A stretch of DNA of 64,000 nucleotides from an uncultured Methanosarcinaceae archaeon (GCA_963833425.1 CAWHXP010000002.1:96001-160000), one strand, 5' to 3'. Positions 1 to 12,466 are shown, counted from the first letter of the stretch. Notes: generated by a model from the letters alone, not told the origin. A program made the numbers and translations.

Positions 1-251
1 ATTTAACGTATGCATATGATAGTTCTTCGGATAAAGAAAAAATGGTAGAAAACATTGCATCAGCAGACATTCCAAGAATAGATTTACTTATTCGCTGGGG
101 AGGAAGACGTAGATTAAGTGGAATGCTCCCGATTCAAACGGTATATTCAGACATATATGTAGTTGATGAAATGTGGCCAGATTTTAAGCCAGAACACTTG
201 TATACTGCATTAGAATATTATCAAGATCAAGATATTACATTAGGTGGGTAA
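1..251 (+). CDS. uppS: cis-prenyltransferase / undecaprenyl diphosphate synthase family, 3' part (runs off window start)
   Basis: The frame is open from base 3. IDLLIRWGGRRRLSG..P.Q..YS...V.D.MWPDF matches the UPPS C-terminal motifs. Confidence 0.8.
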   Translation, partial: LTYAYDSSSDKEKMVENIASADIPRIDLLIRWGGRRRLSGMLPIQTVYSDIYVVDEMWPDFKPEHLYTALEYYQDQDITLGG

Positions 252-1449
252 TTGTTCCAATGCTAAGCTTTCAATCTTTTCGCTCTGCAAGTAAAATTTT
301 AAAAGGAATTGAAGCTTTGAATATGGTTAAAAAAGGACAAATCAAGAGCTAAACTACTCTGGTCTTATTAAAGCTAAATATAGCAATCAATTATTTGGAA
401 TAGTTCTGTAATATTGATACATTTTTCTCGGATATTTTGACTTATGTTCATCATCCATATATTTACGTGCTTATTCGGATATTTTTGCAACGGAATCATA
501 TATACTAACTGATTTTCGATAGACTGAATAGTTATTTCTGTGTGTTATATCCAACCAAAATGGACGTTAGTTGATATACATTACATACAAATTTCTTGAT
601 TTACTCCATAACTTATTAAAATATAACGCGATCATTTAAAAGCCAGATTAATATTTTTAGCCTTTTTAAATGATGAAATACAGCATGATAATCCATGTCC
701 TTGGGGATATGAGAATAAAACTCTATATCTTCAGGCAATATTATTTAGCATTTGTGCCGACAATTCACAATATAATAATGGACAAACAAGCAAATAAATT
801 TGATTTTTATGAATCCGCAGATTGTATGATCTAAATGGGGTCAGAGCTAATTAACATGATATTGGCAGTGAATAATTGGGGTCTTAGGATCATTAATTGT
901 ATATCAAAACTGGATCCTATAAAATTACAGGGGAGATTTAAATTCAGCTGGCGACTATCTTTCAAAGAGCCGAGTGATAATTATTCGCTATCAGACACAA
1001 ACTACACTAAAACGTTAATAATACCTGCAGCTTGGTAGATTATATGTTAGATAACTTATTCACAATCTCTCCCTGTAATACACATAACTATACTAAAAAA
1101 TTTTATTTTGGATCTATACTATAGTGTATTTATGGATCAAGACCTAACATGATAACATTATAATAGATATATTTTATTTATATGTTAAGCAGCTTAATAA
1201 CGTTAACTAATCTGCATAATATGTAGTCTGGATCCTGAAACCACGATAACAACCTTTTGGAATTTTTCTATTTATGATTGTGGTTTAGACTAATTAGTTC
1301 CAAGTGTTCCATGAGAACTATTTCAGAGATTTTTTCTTATTTAGGATGGAGCTATGACCTTTTTAATTTTACATAACTTTTAGTACACTGACATTAAATT
1401 AAAAAAATAACGAAGCTTCTGCCATTAAACCTTACATTGGTATTTGTTG

Positions 1450-1845
1450 AATTCATATTTTTCCCACAATCATGACAATTGCCTTTACGGACGCATATTA
1501 TGCCACCACATCCAATTCATGTCCATCTTATTTTTTTCATTTCTAAGAAATTCCTTTATACCAAGTTTTTTAATTTTTTCAAGATTTTCAATCATACTCA
1601 TATTGTATTTGGTACGATATCTTTAATCTAAATATTTTAAATCATCACAAGAATATTTTTCACATTCAAAACAAAAATGAATTTGTATTTGTGTGATATT
1701 TACATGATTTAAGTTTGCATTTAGTTCGTGTAATAGGTCTGAAGACATTTTTCCCCTACAATCGGGACATTTATTTTTTTCTCTCAAGTAATCTTACAAA
1801 TGGAACAATCCATTCCTCAGGAAGCAACGATTAGAATTTCATTCA
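1450..1845 (-). pseudogene. DUF3795-like Cys-rich protein pseudogene
   Basis: Minus-strand fragments GMDCSIC, KNKCPDCRG, FCFECEKYSC, LD*RYRTKYNMSMIENLEKIK and GCGGIICVRKGNCHDCGK, broken by stops and frameshifts. Confidence 0.6.
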
Positions 1846-2349
1846 ACAAAATCAAGCTCCATTAAAACAAACTACTTTCATACTTTAAGTATGTTCCGTT
1901 ATCATGCTCATGTAGTTTACAGATACATTTGTTTATAGTCTGTCTCAAAAAGCCTTAAAAGTTTACAGATGTAGGATTGGCAAATTCATAGTTTTAATCA
2001 CATAAAACTATGCATCAACGAATTTTATACAAATGTTGACTTCCACTATACATAGTTTTTCACACAAAACATATGCAAATATGGAGAAGTATTAGAAACA
2101 TAACTACTAAAATATATTTATTAATATATAGTAATTAATCTTTCTATACATTTTATAACAGTTGTGGAGTGATATTATTATCTAATAAGAAAATACATTT
2201 TTATATATAAATTTTGTTATTTATATTAAAATGTTTTCTTAAAAATTCTGGTTTGGGAACAAGTTAATACGCGATGTTTCCGCGGTACCCCTGCCAATGA
2301 AACGTTGTTAAAACGAATAAATAATAAATAAAAAGAAGGAGATTAAAAG

Positions 2350-2886
2350 ATGTTAAAACAAATGAAAAAGACACTTAGTATTTTACTAGCAGTTTGTTTT
2401 TTAATATCCGTAACTGCTTCGGCAGCAAGCGCACACCACGGTCGCTGGGGCGGTTGGGGTCCTAGTTGGGGTGGCTGCCCTTACGCAGCTCCGTATGTAG
2501 CCACATTACCATTTTCAGTCTCTGCAATTCAAGAAATCCCTGTACAGGCTGTTAATTACCGTCCAGCTCAAAAATCAGCTGCAGCAGTAGGTGCAGGACA
2601 CGTTGTTTGTAAGGGGAAGAAAAAAGCTACCTCGAAAACAGTATGCAAAAGACATCCTATGGTCAAAGAGAAGAAAAAAACAATTTCTAAAGTAATAAGT
2701 ACACATGATGGCTGCTGGCGCGGTGAATGTGACTGTGACGAATGTGACTGTGGAGATGGTGAATGCGACTGTGACTGTAAAGATGGATCTTTCATAGATA
2801 CTTTCATAGATATTTTCATACACTGCTTACCTTGCAACGAAAATAGCACATCAGAGAATTGCACCTCAGAAAATTGCACATTATAA
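2350..2886 (+). CDS. secreted low-complexity protein (signal peptide, Gly/Trp segment, Lys-rich segment, acidic Cys-rich tail)
   Basis: 178-aa ORF with RBS AGGAG. Signal peptide MLKQMKKTLSILLAVCFLISVTASAASA; CECDCDECDCGDGECDCDC-like cluster near the C-terminus. Confidence 0.75.
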   Translation: MLKQMKKTLSILLAVCFLISVTASAASAHHGRWGGWGPSWGGCPYAAPYVATLPFSVSAIQEIPVQAVNYRPAQKSAAAVGAGHVVCKGKKKATSKTVCKRHPMVKEKKKTISKVISTHDGCWRGECDCDECDCGDGECDCDCKDGSFIDTFIDIFIHCLPCNENSTSENCTSENCTL

Positions 2887-3502
2887 AGTTAGCAGCTTGA
2901 TTGAAAAATTATAAGTGATTTTTCTGAATAATTAATCACCTTCCTGGTTTTTTATTTTTTATTATTTGTATTTTTACCTAACTGTTTAACTCGTTCTGCT
3001 AACAGACTGTACAATTTCTGCTTTTACATTGGGAAAAAAGAACTACAGAATTAATCACATTTTTCATGACTTTTGGTACACTGCCAGATCTATATAATTA
3101 ATTTCCCCTTATTTTTCTATTTAGGATGGTTGTTTAAGTTAATAATTCCAAGTGCTACATGAGCCCCACATGTTCTATGAGTCCCATAAGCTCCAGGAGA
3201 AATAGATTGAAAATCTTTTCCTATTCCAGATGGGTCTAGGAAATTAAGAGATTTTAGCACAAAAACTGTGCATAAAATTAGAAGACTCAAAAAAAGAAAT
3301 CGGCAATTTTGATTACCTTAAAGAATACCATTTTTGCCCTTGAAATTAGGTGCCCAGTCCATTTAAATTATACATGGAGATAATGTCTATTAACATGAAG
3401 TAACATGAAATTCATTAAATAAAATATTATTTACGTAGTTGATAAGATAGTCAATTTGTCTATGGTCAATTTGTCTATGCATCGCTAGATCAGTATCAAT
3501 CG

Positions 3503-3785
3503 TCAGTTCCACGATCCATATCCATGTTCATTTTCATCTTCATCCCCATGTCCATATGTTCGCGGGGTTTCGCATTCCGGGTTCTCGGCGGGGTTCGCAG
3601 CAGGGTTCGGGATGGTGGTGATAGCGGTATTTGAAGATTTTAGTCTTTCATGTTGAAATGCTATTATGACTGTTTTCTTATCCTTAACCACGATGGATGT
3701 GCGCTTACTGATGCAGCGGTCACGGCCATTAAAAAACAAACTGCCAATAAAATATACTAAGTATTTTTTTCATTTGTTTTAACAT
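3503..3785 (-). pseudogene. frameshifted paralog of the 2350-2886 secreted protein
   Basis: GGAGTG RBS, then ATG TTA AAA CAA ATG AAA AAA ATA CTT AGT. A 2-nt insertion breaks the LLAVCFLMAVTAASVSAH leader. A Pro/Asn/Glu/His-rich tail lies in another frame. Confidence 0.65.
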
Positions 3786-4330
3786 TTATTTCACTCCATT
3801 ACGGTTAAATTGATAATTCTATTGAGATTTGTTTTTGTTAACTATTCAAGCTACAAAGAATTAGTTGGTTGATATTTATTACACTAACAATTTTTGATGA
3901 ACTATATTACTTAGTGAGTTTGTTAATTATTTCAATTAATTCTTAAAAAAATAGTCTCTGAATAAAATTTATTTTCCTATGAAATATCTTATTGGAACGT
4001 GAGTTTTAATCCGAAGTAGAAGTATATACTTAATATAAAAATATCGTTTAATTTCAAAATATTCAATAGGCATACTTTTTAGTTTGTGAGGAGGTACTAG
4101 TGGATAAAATAGTAATGAAGAGTTTACATTGGAAATATACATAAGTTTTATAGCAAAAGCTATGTATGTACCAATATTATATTAATCATATTTTATCAAA
4201 TGAGAACAATAGATTTATGAAGTTCCAAAATTTACTTACTGGTCTTAAACTTACGCACCTAAAATCAATTGACACACAGCTTTTATATTATTATCATCAT
4301 TTTTCTTGGTATTCCGACTTACGCATTTAG

Positions 4331-5720
4331 TTACCTTAACTTCGGAAACGGAACGGGTTTCAGACCTCTAACATATTCTAATCGATAATCTCTATACAAC
4401 AACTCTTCCAAGGCCTTCCCAGAAGGGACATCTAATTCAATTTCTCTTCCAGATGCACCCCTGCCTTTTCTTATAGACACTCTTTAATCATTCCAATAAT
4501 GGTTAATTCACCAATGGAATTAGAAATCGTTGTTCTGTTTCTAGGAGTTTCACCAATTTCTTCACATATTTGAAAATATATATTTGTAATATCTTTAACA
4601 GTTGTAGTTGGTCGATTATAATTTACAAGTTTTAATATAGACAACAATACTAATTTTTTATGTAATGGCATAGCAGGAGCAAGAGTCAAAAACCTATCTA
4701 TATCTACTTCATTAAATGCTCCATCTATATGTTCAGGAAGTACTTGTGACAAACCATGTTCTTCTGCATATATTGCTGAAGCCCGCAGCAGCTCGATTGC
4801 TTTACGTGCGTCTCCATGAACTCTAGCTGAAATGGCAGCACATAGATTGACAGTTTCTTCCAGAATTGCTCCTTTGTAGAAAGCGAGTTTGACACAGTCA
4901 CATAGAATCATTCGTATTTGATCTACATTGTAAGGATCAAATATATGATCCTTAAAGTTCATTGAAGACTTTACACGGTTATCAAGATCCTTGTCATAAT
5001 GAAGATCGTTAGATATTCCAATTGTAGAAATAAAATGACGGTTCGGGAGTAATCTAGACTCTCCTGCTCTACGTAAATTGTATAGAAGACCATCGTTTTT
5101 TAGATAATCAATTTCATCTAAAACAACCACAATAGAGATGTTCCATTTTTTTGATAATATCCCATAAAGCAGAATAATAATAGTCTAAAGAAAATCCTTT
5201 CATTGGAATTTTAGTTTCTGGATCTATTTGTTTGATTATTTTATACAGTACGCCATTTGGGGTAGGTTTTATCTTGCACGAAATGTACACCACCTTAAAG
5301 GATGATCTAATATTTTTTCGTTTTCCAGTCTTTTCATCAATTTACTTAGTAAGAATTTAGTTACTACGGTTCTCCCTAACCCAGGCTATCCCAAAAATAA
5401 TGCATTCGAAGAATATCCTTTTGAATCGAGTGGTTTGAAAATCCTTGCTCAGTGATTTCGCTTTCCCTTCCAATCAATTTAGGAGGTAGATAGTCTGGAG
5501 AAAGAACATGAGAATCTTTCAGAATTTTGAATAGTTCTCCTCCAAATATTTCTTTGTAGTTTTTCACTACATCTTCATTTAATTTATTTAATTTCGCTAA
5601 AGCTACGCCTTTGCCGTCCCAAACAAGTGAATAGTTCGGGTTAATATCAATCGCTTTATCAAATGCTTTCATTGCATCTTCATACTTGTTTAAATTACCA
5701 AGAGCAGCTCCTTTATTGAA
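4331..5720 (-). pseudogene. cdc6: Orc1/Cdc6 replication initiator pseudogene with TPR fragment at 5' end
   Basis: VLSPDYLPPKLIGRESEI; Walker A G*PGLGRT (TAG at 5386-5388); Walker B VVLDEID; GDARKAIELLR; winged-helix tail RGASGR. Several frameshifts. Confidence 0.85.
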
Positions 5721-6756
5721 GCAACTGAAAAATCCCTTAAAAAGCTATATAATTGTGAATTTGTCTGCGAAGCCGGCGCAAGCGTAACAGCTAAACAATG
5801 GTTGAATGAGAATGAGTCTTATCAGTTCACAAAACTTGAAATAAAAACTAAGGCTCTAAGGCTGAATAATACTAACGGAAGGAAAAGGAAGGAGGGAGGG
5901 TACAAACTCCCTATTGATGATGCAGAAATAAAACCAGATTAGGAGAAGATACAGGAAAAAGAACAAAGCTAGGAAAATTAATTTTTGCAACTAATGATCT
6001 AGAATTGACTCCAGATTGACTGCTAAAATACTATAAAGAACATGGAACGTTTAAAGGGGGGTTTAGTTCCTTAAAGATAAGAGCTCCAGGGTAAAATAAT
6101 GTATACCTGAAAAAAGTGACTAAAATTGAAACACTTGTGATAGTAATGTTTCTATGTTATCACTGCATTCGATAGCTATTGGAAATTAAGAACAAGATTG
6201 AATGGCGCAAAAGAACTATCAGAAACCAAGTGAAGAAGAAAACACAGCCTCCAACGTTGAAATGGATTTTCTTCCTGTTCAGAAGAATCACAGAATTAGT
6301 GATTGAAATTAATGGAAATAAGTCCAGAAAGATATTGCAGCTGGATGCGGAAACCATTAAAGTCTTGAAACTAATGTGTGAAAAATACGAAAAATATTAT
6401 GCGTGGAAAAAATAATGCGGAAAATAGGCTTATGCACCTTATTTTGAAAGCTCATCGATTCAAGCGCACCATGTAAACGACCTATGGATCTTAGCTTCAG
6501 AACTTAAGAACGAACTTGAACGACATAACAGGGAAAGTCGGAAAGCTGTAACTGTACATCGGAAACTTCATCTGGGAATGTAGTAAAGATGAAAAGGACT
6601 TCATTAGTATTACAACGATTTTGCCCTTTCGCATGAGTACAGATTACTTTGTTTAGCAAGGCTCCATAAGGTAAATTAGAGGAATTATCTAATCCAAGAA
6701 GCTTGTGAGTGTTTAAAAGCAATTAATAAAGGTAAAATACAATCAATAAAGGGGAT

Positions 6757-7518
6757 ATGGAAGGTAAAAGCATGTCGAACTATGAGTTAGAGACAGATAA
6801 AGATAAAATCACAATTCTGAATGGTCCTACTAGAGAAGAAAGAGATAAACATGAAAGCTGTCAAGTAAAAGGGATTATATTTGACTGCTACCAGACACTT
6901 ATTGATATTCATACTGAGGAACATAACCTGATAACGCATGAGGTTGTAAGCGCGTGGCTTGCCTATCAGGGCGTAAGAATAAAGCCGGAAAAGCTATGGG
7001 GCACTTACATGTTTAAAGTAAGGGATAGAATGCAGCATTCCAAGGAAACATATCCAGAAGTTAGGGTAGAAGAAATATTTGCCGAGATTTGTAGGGAAAA
7101 TTCAATTTGGAAAATTAATGAAAAAATCCTTGGAATAGAGACTTCAAGGGTCTTTCGAGCAGCATCTATACGGAAACTACATCTTTTTCCTCATACCATA
7201 AAATTGATTGATCATTATATAAATATTCCAAAATGTATAGTATCCAATGGGCAGAGAGTTTTTTCCGAATTGGAACTCAGGTTCCTGGGACTCTACGATT
7301 ACTTCGATTTTGTTATCTTCTCATCAGATGTAGGATACCAGAAACCTGACCTTAGGCTTTTTATGACTGCACTCAAAAGAATGGGACTCGAACTCGAGCC
7401 AAAACATGTGATGTCCATAGGGGACTCTTACGAAAACGAGCTAATACCTGCAAGAAAGCTGGGAATGTGCTCCATGCATATTGAAGAAGCATGGAAACAT
7501 TTTGAGCTGAATGATTGA
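6757..7518 (+). CDS. HAD-superfamily hydrolase
   Basis: Motifs IIFDCYQTL, VSNG, KPD and IGDSYENE; 253 aa, intact. Confidence 0.9.
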   Translation: MEGKSMSNYELETDKDKITILNGPTREERDKHESCQVKGIIFDCYQTLIDIHTEEHNLITHEVVSAWLAYQGVRIKPEKLWGTYMFKVRDRMQHSKETYPEVRVEEIFAEICRENSIWKINEKILGIETSRVFRAASIRKLHLFPHTIKLIDHYINIPKCIVSNGQRVFSELELRFLGLYDYFDFVIFSSDVGYQKPDLRLFMTALKRMGLELEPKHVMSIGDSYENELIPARKLGMCSMHIEEAWKHFELND

Positions 7519-7618
7519 TTTCCAAAAAGGTTCTGTAGAGTCGTAGGAGATGGACGGTTATATATGTTCGATACTCTCTGGGAAAAAAACTCTAATCCTC
7601 CGAAGACTTTATAGAACC

Positions 7619-8630
7619 TTAATAATTGTCACAAATCGGAAATATCAAACTTAGCTTTTTACCCTTTTTTAGCTTGGGTACCGGCAAGCCGGCGGCTGCA
7701 TAGATGATTAATTGACACAAAAAGGAAAAATAATATTTGATTATAAAATACGGATATTCCGGTATTTGATCCACCATATTTCCTCTTATGGTTTTCGGAC
7801 CGCCTGCTGACATAAACTTGGAGAAATCAATTTTTTCGTGATAATTATACTTCCCAATCATTTCCTCGACTAAGATGTAATCTGCATAGGATAAAGTGTC
7901 TAGATGCTGGTCATGCTTGATATTAGGGAAGTGTAACAACTCTTCTTCAAAGTCATTGAGCCAGTTGCCACCTACTTGAAATATGTTTTTTTTGTATTCA
8001 TCCGGATAGTTACTGATAGAGTTCTTGTGAATTTATCCCCTTGAGTTCAAGGTCTAAAACAGGGAAGCTGCCCAGAACTAAATTCTGATAACTCGTTTTC
8101 TCAATCGAGACAGACTCAAAACTAATGGCTACCGAATTCCATTTCTGAAATTGAGTTTTGATAAATTCAACGTGATCCGGACTTTCAATCTCAGTTCTGA
8201 AAACATCCCGGAGAAGCAATTCATTTTTTGGAGCGAGAACCCACGTAGACAAGACAAAGAAGTTAAAATGTGTCTTTGCCGTCCCTGAAGGATCACAGGT
8301 TTGGAATATTACACATTTTCTTCAGGAACTGGTACAATGCCCCTGTTTGTACGTAAAATTATATGTTAACTTTGATTCTGTAAAATATTGATAAAGTTCA
8401 CGCTTTAATAAGTTACCTCGTGCTGTGGAGGCCTTTGTTGGTAGAGAGGCCAAGTATATATCGGCACTCTTGCTCTTATTTTAGTTAATACCTCTTCGGG
8501 ATACTTTTCCCCCATAGTGCCTGACCAGGTCCGGTTCTCTGGTCATATGACGCCTTCCATCCCCCTACATTACAGGATTATGTGTCATCTCCCATGATCC
8601 CCACCGGGGTCTTCCTTCGATATATCCATA
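7619..8630 (-). pseudogene. phage terminase large subunit, C-terminal nuclease half, degraded
   Basis: Stitched frames give GQALW, EKYP, SLYQQRP, GNLLKRE, FQTCDPSGT, FESVS and WLNDFEEELLHFPNIKHDQHLDTLSYA, typical of Terminase_6C-like domains. Confidence 0.75.
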
Positions 8631-9399
8631 AAAGCTTTGTATTTTGCGATTTTTTAGCTCAGATTTACTCAAATGGAAGCTAAAATCAGAAGCATAGATT
8701 TTTGCTATAAAACTTGTGTATTAGTAAAAACGATAAATTCATATTTCGTACAAAGAAAGGGAATATAAAGTCAATCAGGAATTATAGAACTTTCAGGCCA
8801 CTGTTAAGTTAAAAGAATACAAACTATTTTGATAAACCCCTAAATGACTGGCTGATTGCAGCAACAGCCCCTTCGTGTCGGCCATCCTCAAACATAGGCT
8901 TTTGTGCTGAGCGGTCTTATTTTCCTGTTGATTTTAACAAAAATTACAGGATTTCAAAGCACAGATTTGATCAACTAACTAGTGAAGAATTGGTTTGCAA
9001 TAAATTACTTCTATTAAACCGCGAGCCTTGAAAGCGGTCGTCAAATAATTATTTTGCTGTTTTAGCCTTGAACTCCGCCCTCGTTAGAAACATTCTTTAG
9101 TGTACCTTTTCCCTCTATTCCCAGCAATTCAACATTTATCTTCATAAGGACTACCTTCGTGAAAATACAGTTCAAGCAAATCTATCATAATACGTCTCCT
9201 AAGTACATTATCTCAAGTTCGACTTTCGGTCTCTTCGCCGTTTTTAGGAGTAATTTATAGTCATTTTCCAAGGGTGGATTCACATGCACAATATCAAAAC
9301 CATTCATTGTAGAATACCACATTCGAGCTTGAAATTTATCTTTTGGCGTGGGTACTTTTTTTCAGCTAGAGAATTATTTTTAACCCATACTAAATAGCC

Positions 9400-10060
9400 A
9401 AAAGTGGGCTAAAACCCATATTTAATGATGGTACTTGTCCAAATGAAAATTGTGAATATTACGGACTTACTGGTCAAGGTAATATTATTGAAAATTGCAT
9501 TCATCTAAGCTATGGAAAAAAGGTTAGAAAATGCATTTGCCATGGTCTAATAAAGTATTAATAGCAGTACATGCTTTTCGATCACAACTTTTGTAGAGGC
9601 AAATCCACTATTTAGTTGGCCTTTAAAATGATTGTGAAGGATAATGAGTATAGTTATTGGTGATGTACTGAAGATACAATCAGCTACTGTAAGTAGATAG
9701 TTAAGTCGTCGGTCGATCAATGTAATGTAAATGAGAATTTGACGGCAAACCTGGATATGCTTAAAACACACTGGATTAGTTATGGGTAATAATCTAATAC
9801 CAAACATGAATGATTATTAGGATGATGGACCAATGATATTAGTAGCCCTTGCCCCTGCTTGTAGTTAAATTATTACCTTTGTTATAGAGCCAATAAAACA
9901 ATATGTTGCAGACAAATTAATGAGCGATCCATTGATAAATAGTTGATGTTATCTCATTGTCTGCAGGAAGTGTTTTTGGTCCCCTATGTGCAGGTAAGCC
10001 TAGAAAACAAATCCATTTGAATAAAATGCATTTAAGATGAAAATATCAACCAGCTAAGGG
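9400..10060 (+). mobile_element. IS1-family transposase remnant
   Basis: CPNENCEYYGLTGQGNII..CICH zinc-ribbon-like start; later DDGPMILVALAP..IITFVI..KQYVADKL; many stops. Confidence 0.55.
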
Positions 10061-10142
10061 ACACAACTTAGATTGTTGGAAACATCAATAATATAATAGG
10101 GACTAAAATATTTCTATTCAATGCGATATATTATTTTAGGAA

Positions 10143-11273
10143 TTAAAAACAGCAAAATGCTACTACTTTATTAATTTCCAATTTTACTAGGCATGAATCA
10201 CTTGCATGCAGCTTAAGGGAATCAACAAATTGTGCAGGGACCTCTACATTTAGGACTTTATCATGTCTGACAAGTTTAAGTGTAATTCGTTTTTTTGGTC
10301 CTTTATTAACTATACTACTGATGAATGCTAAATATATGTTTTTATCCTGATCCTCAGAACCAGAATCAAGCGAAAGAAGAGTTACGTTTTCAGGATGGAT
10401 TCCCCAGCAAACGTCAACCCCGACCCTACAATTCAGATTATGTACTATTATTTGCATGGTCCCACTCTCCAATATTGTGCTTTTCGATTCTTCATCATGT
10501 TCCTTGACATAAGCATCATCAAAAATATTTGACAAGCCAAATAGCTCTGCAACATGCCTGTTTTGGGGATTATAGAAGATTTCTTCCGGGGTTCCGAACT
10601 GCTGGGCCTTTCCTCCGTGTAAGACAAGAATTTTAGAGGCCAGTAGGAAAGCTTCTTCAAGGTTGTGGGTTACGAACAACAAAGGTATTCTAATCTTATT
10701 TTGTAAAGTTTTTATTTTTTTTGCAAGTTTTGTTCTTATTTCAGTATCAAGTGCAGAAAAAGGTTCATCCAGAAGTAGAATCTCTGGTTTTGGAGCAAGA
10801 GCTCTCGCTAGAGCAACTCTCTGTTTCTGTCCACCTGAAAGTTGTGATGGGTAACGAGTTTCTAATTCCTCGATATGGAGGAGGTCCAGCATTTCCAGAA
10901 CCCTTTTCACCCTATTTTCTTTTTGCCAACTTTTGATACCACACTCTATGTTTTTTCTGACGTTCATGTGGGGGAAAAGTGTATCGTTCTGGAAAACATA
11001 GCCAAGGTTGCGCTTCTGAATAGGGAGATTAATTCGGTTGTCTTTGTCGTAATAAACATTACTTCCCACAGTTATTATTCCATCATCAGGCTCCACGATT
11101 CCTGAAACACATTTAAACAACGTGGTCTTTCCGGATCCCGAAGGCCCAAAAAGTACAACAAGCTCATTTCCCATTTCAAATTTGACATCTAACGTAAAAG
11201 CTTTCTTAGCACTTTTTTTGCCATCTATTTCAGCTTTGTTATACCATTTTTTTATGTTAACTTTAACACCCAA
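10143..11273 (-). CDS. modC: molybdate/tungstate ABC transporter ATP-binding subunit
   Basis: GPSGSGKT, LSGGQKQRVALARAL, LLLDEP and a C-terminal TOBE-like region; adjacent to modB. Confidence 0.9.
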   Translation of the reverse strand: MGVKVNIKKWYNKAEIDGKKSAKKAFTLDVKFEMGNELVVLFGPSGSGKTTLFKCVSGIVEPDDGIITVGSNVYYDKDNRINLPIQKRNLGYVFQNDTLFPHMNVRKNIECGIKSWQKENRVKRVLEMLDLLHIEELETRYPSQLSGGQKQRVALARALAPKPEILLLDEPFSALDTEIRTKLAKKIKTLQNKIRIPLLFVTHNLEEAFLLASKILVLHGGKAQQFGTPEEIFYNPQNRHVAELFGLSNIFDDAYVKEHDEESKSTILESGTMQIIVHNLNCRVGVDVCWGIHPENVTLLSLDSGSEDQDKNIYLAFISSIVNKGPKKRITLKLVRHDKVLNVEVPAQFVDSLKLHASDSCLVKLEINKVVAFCCF

Positions 11274-11277
11274 GTTC

Positions 11278-11955
11278 TCATGCCTCTAATTTCCCTACAA
11301 ATCTTCCGGTTAGAATAATAGCCAGTATGGACATAAGAATCAGGATCAAGACAAGTACTTGAGCAAGTTCGTTGTTTCCTGCCTCAAAGGCATTGTATAT
11401 TGAGATCGACATTGTATTTGTTTTTCCCTGGATATTTCCTGCCAGCATAAAAGTTGCTCCAAATTCTCCAATAGCCCTTGCAAAACTCAGTACCAGTCCT
11501 GCTAGTATGCCTCTTTTTGCAAGAGGCAATGTTATTACTAGTGCAGTCTCAATCTCACTTCTTCCAAGGATATAAGCTGCATATTCAAGTTCGGTATCAA
11601 CTGCTTCAATGGCTGCCTGTGCTGTTCTTACCATAAGGGGAAGAGAAACCGTATAAGCTGCAATGACTGCAGCCTGCCAGGTGAACATGATTCCTGTTCC
11701 CAAAACATGGTAAATTATGTGTCCAATGAATCCGTTTTTCCCCATAAGAAGGATCAAAAGATAGCCAATTACTGTAGGTGGAAGAACTAGAGGAAGTGTT
11801 ATAAATATCTCTGCAAGCTTTTTTCCCCAGAAATCACGTCTCGCAAATATGTAAGCTATGATTACGCCACTACACAGCACTAGAAAGGATGATATGAGTG
11901 CTATCTGGAATGTGAGATATAAAGGAAACCATACCTGGTCTAACATAGAAATCAA
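11278..11955 (-). CDS. modB: molybdate ABC transporter permease
   Basis: LPLVLPPTVIGY, EAA-type loop and FARAIGEFGAT. Confidence 0.92.
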   Translation of the reverse strand: MISMLDQVWFPLYLTFQIALISSFLVLCSGVIIAYIFARRDFWGKKLAEIFITLPLVLPPTVIGYLLILLMGKNGFIGHIIYHVLGTGIMFTWQAAVIAAYTVSLPLMVRTAQAAIEAVDTELEYAAYILGRSEIETALVITLPLAKRGILAGLVLSFARAIGEFGATFMLAGNIQGKTNTMSISIYNAFEAGNNELAQVLVLILILMSILAIILTGRFVGKLEA

Positions 11956-12185
11956 ATTTGATTATGTTACTTTGTCTCGGTAGAAATCCTCTGAAATGAA
12001 GAATCTCCATTAAATTGAACTAAATAGCCTGATCTATATTTATTTACGCATTTTTAGCCTCCATATGCTTATTTTGATGGGTTTTCTATAAAGCCATTAC
12101 ACGATATAACTGTGAATTCAATTTTTATCTAGTATTTCCTGCTTAATTGGATGATTTATTAGAGTTCAATCTAATACACTGGAAA

Positions 12186-12217
12186 TGATCTATATAGTGT
12201 TTGATCTATATAGTGTT
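12186..12217. repeat. perfect 16-bp tandem duplication TGATCTATATAGTGTT x2
   Basis: Read directly from the sequence. Confidence 0.9.
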
Positions 12218-12310
12218 TAACATGTTGTCTTTGCATCGATTCATAGAGGATTAAATGCTCTTTAAAACGACATTAAACATAATATTTAAGCAACAAAAAA
12301 GATTTTTTTG

Positions 12311-12466
12311 GAACTTTAGATTTATTCGGTTAAGAAATCTGTTAACATTAAAATGACTACTGCGATAATACATTCATCTGGATCTACATTTATATGTTTA
12401 AAGAAAACGCAGCAAAAGAAAAACTTTTCTCACAGATTGTATCTTAACCGAATGAAACCGAAGTTC
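12311..12466. repeat. MITE-like element with imperfect ~32-bp terminal inverted repeats
   Basis: GAACTTTAGATTTATTCGGTTAAGAAATCTGT versus the reverse complement of ACAGATTGTATCTTAACCGAATGAAACCGAAGTTC. Confidence 0.5.
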
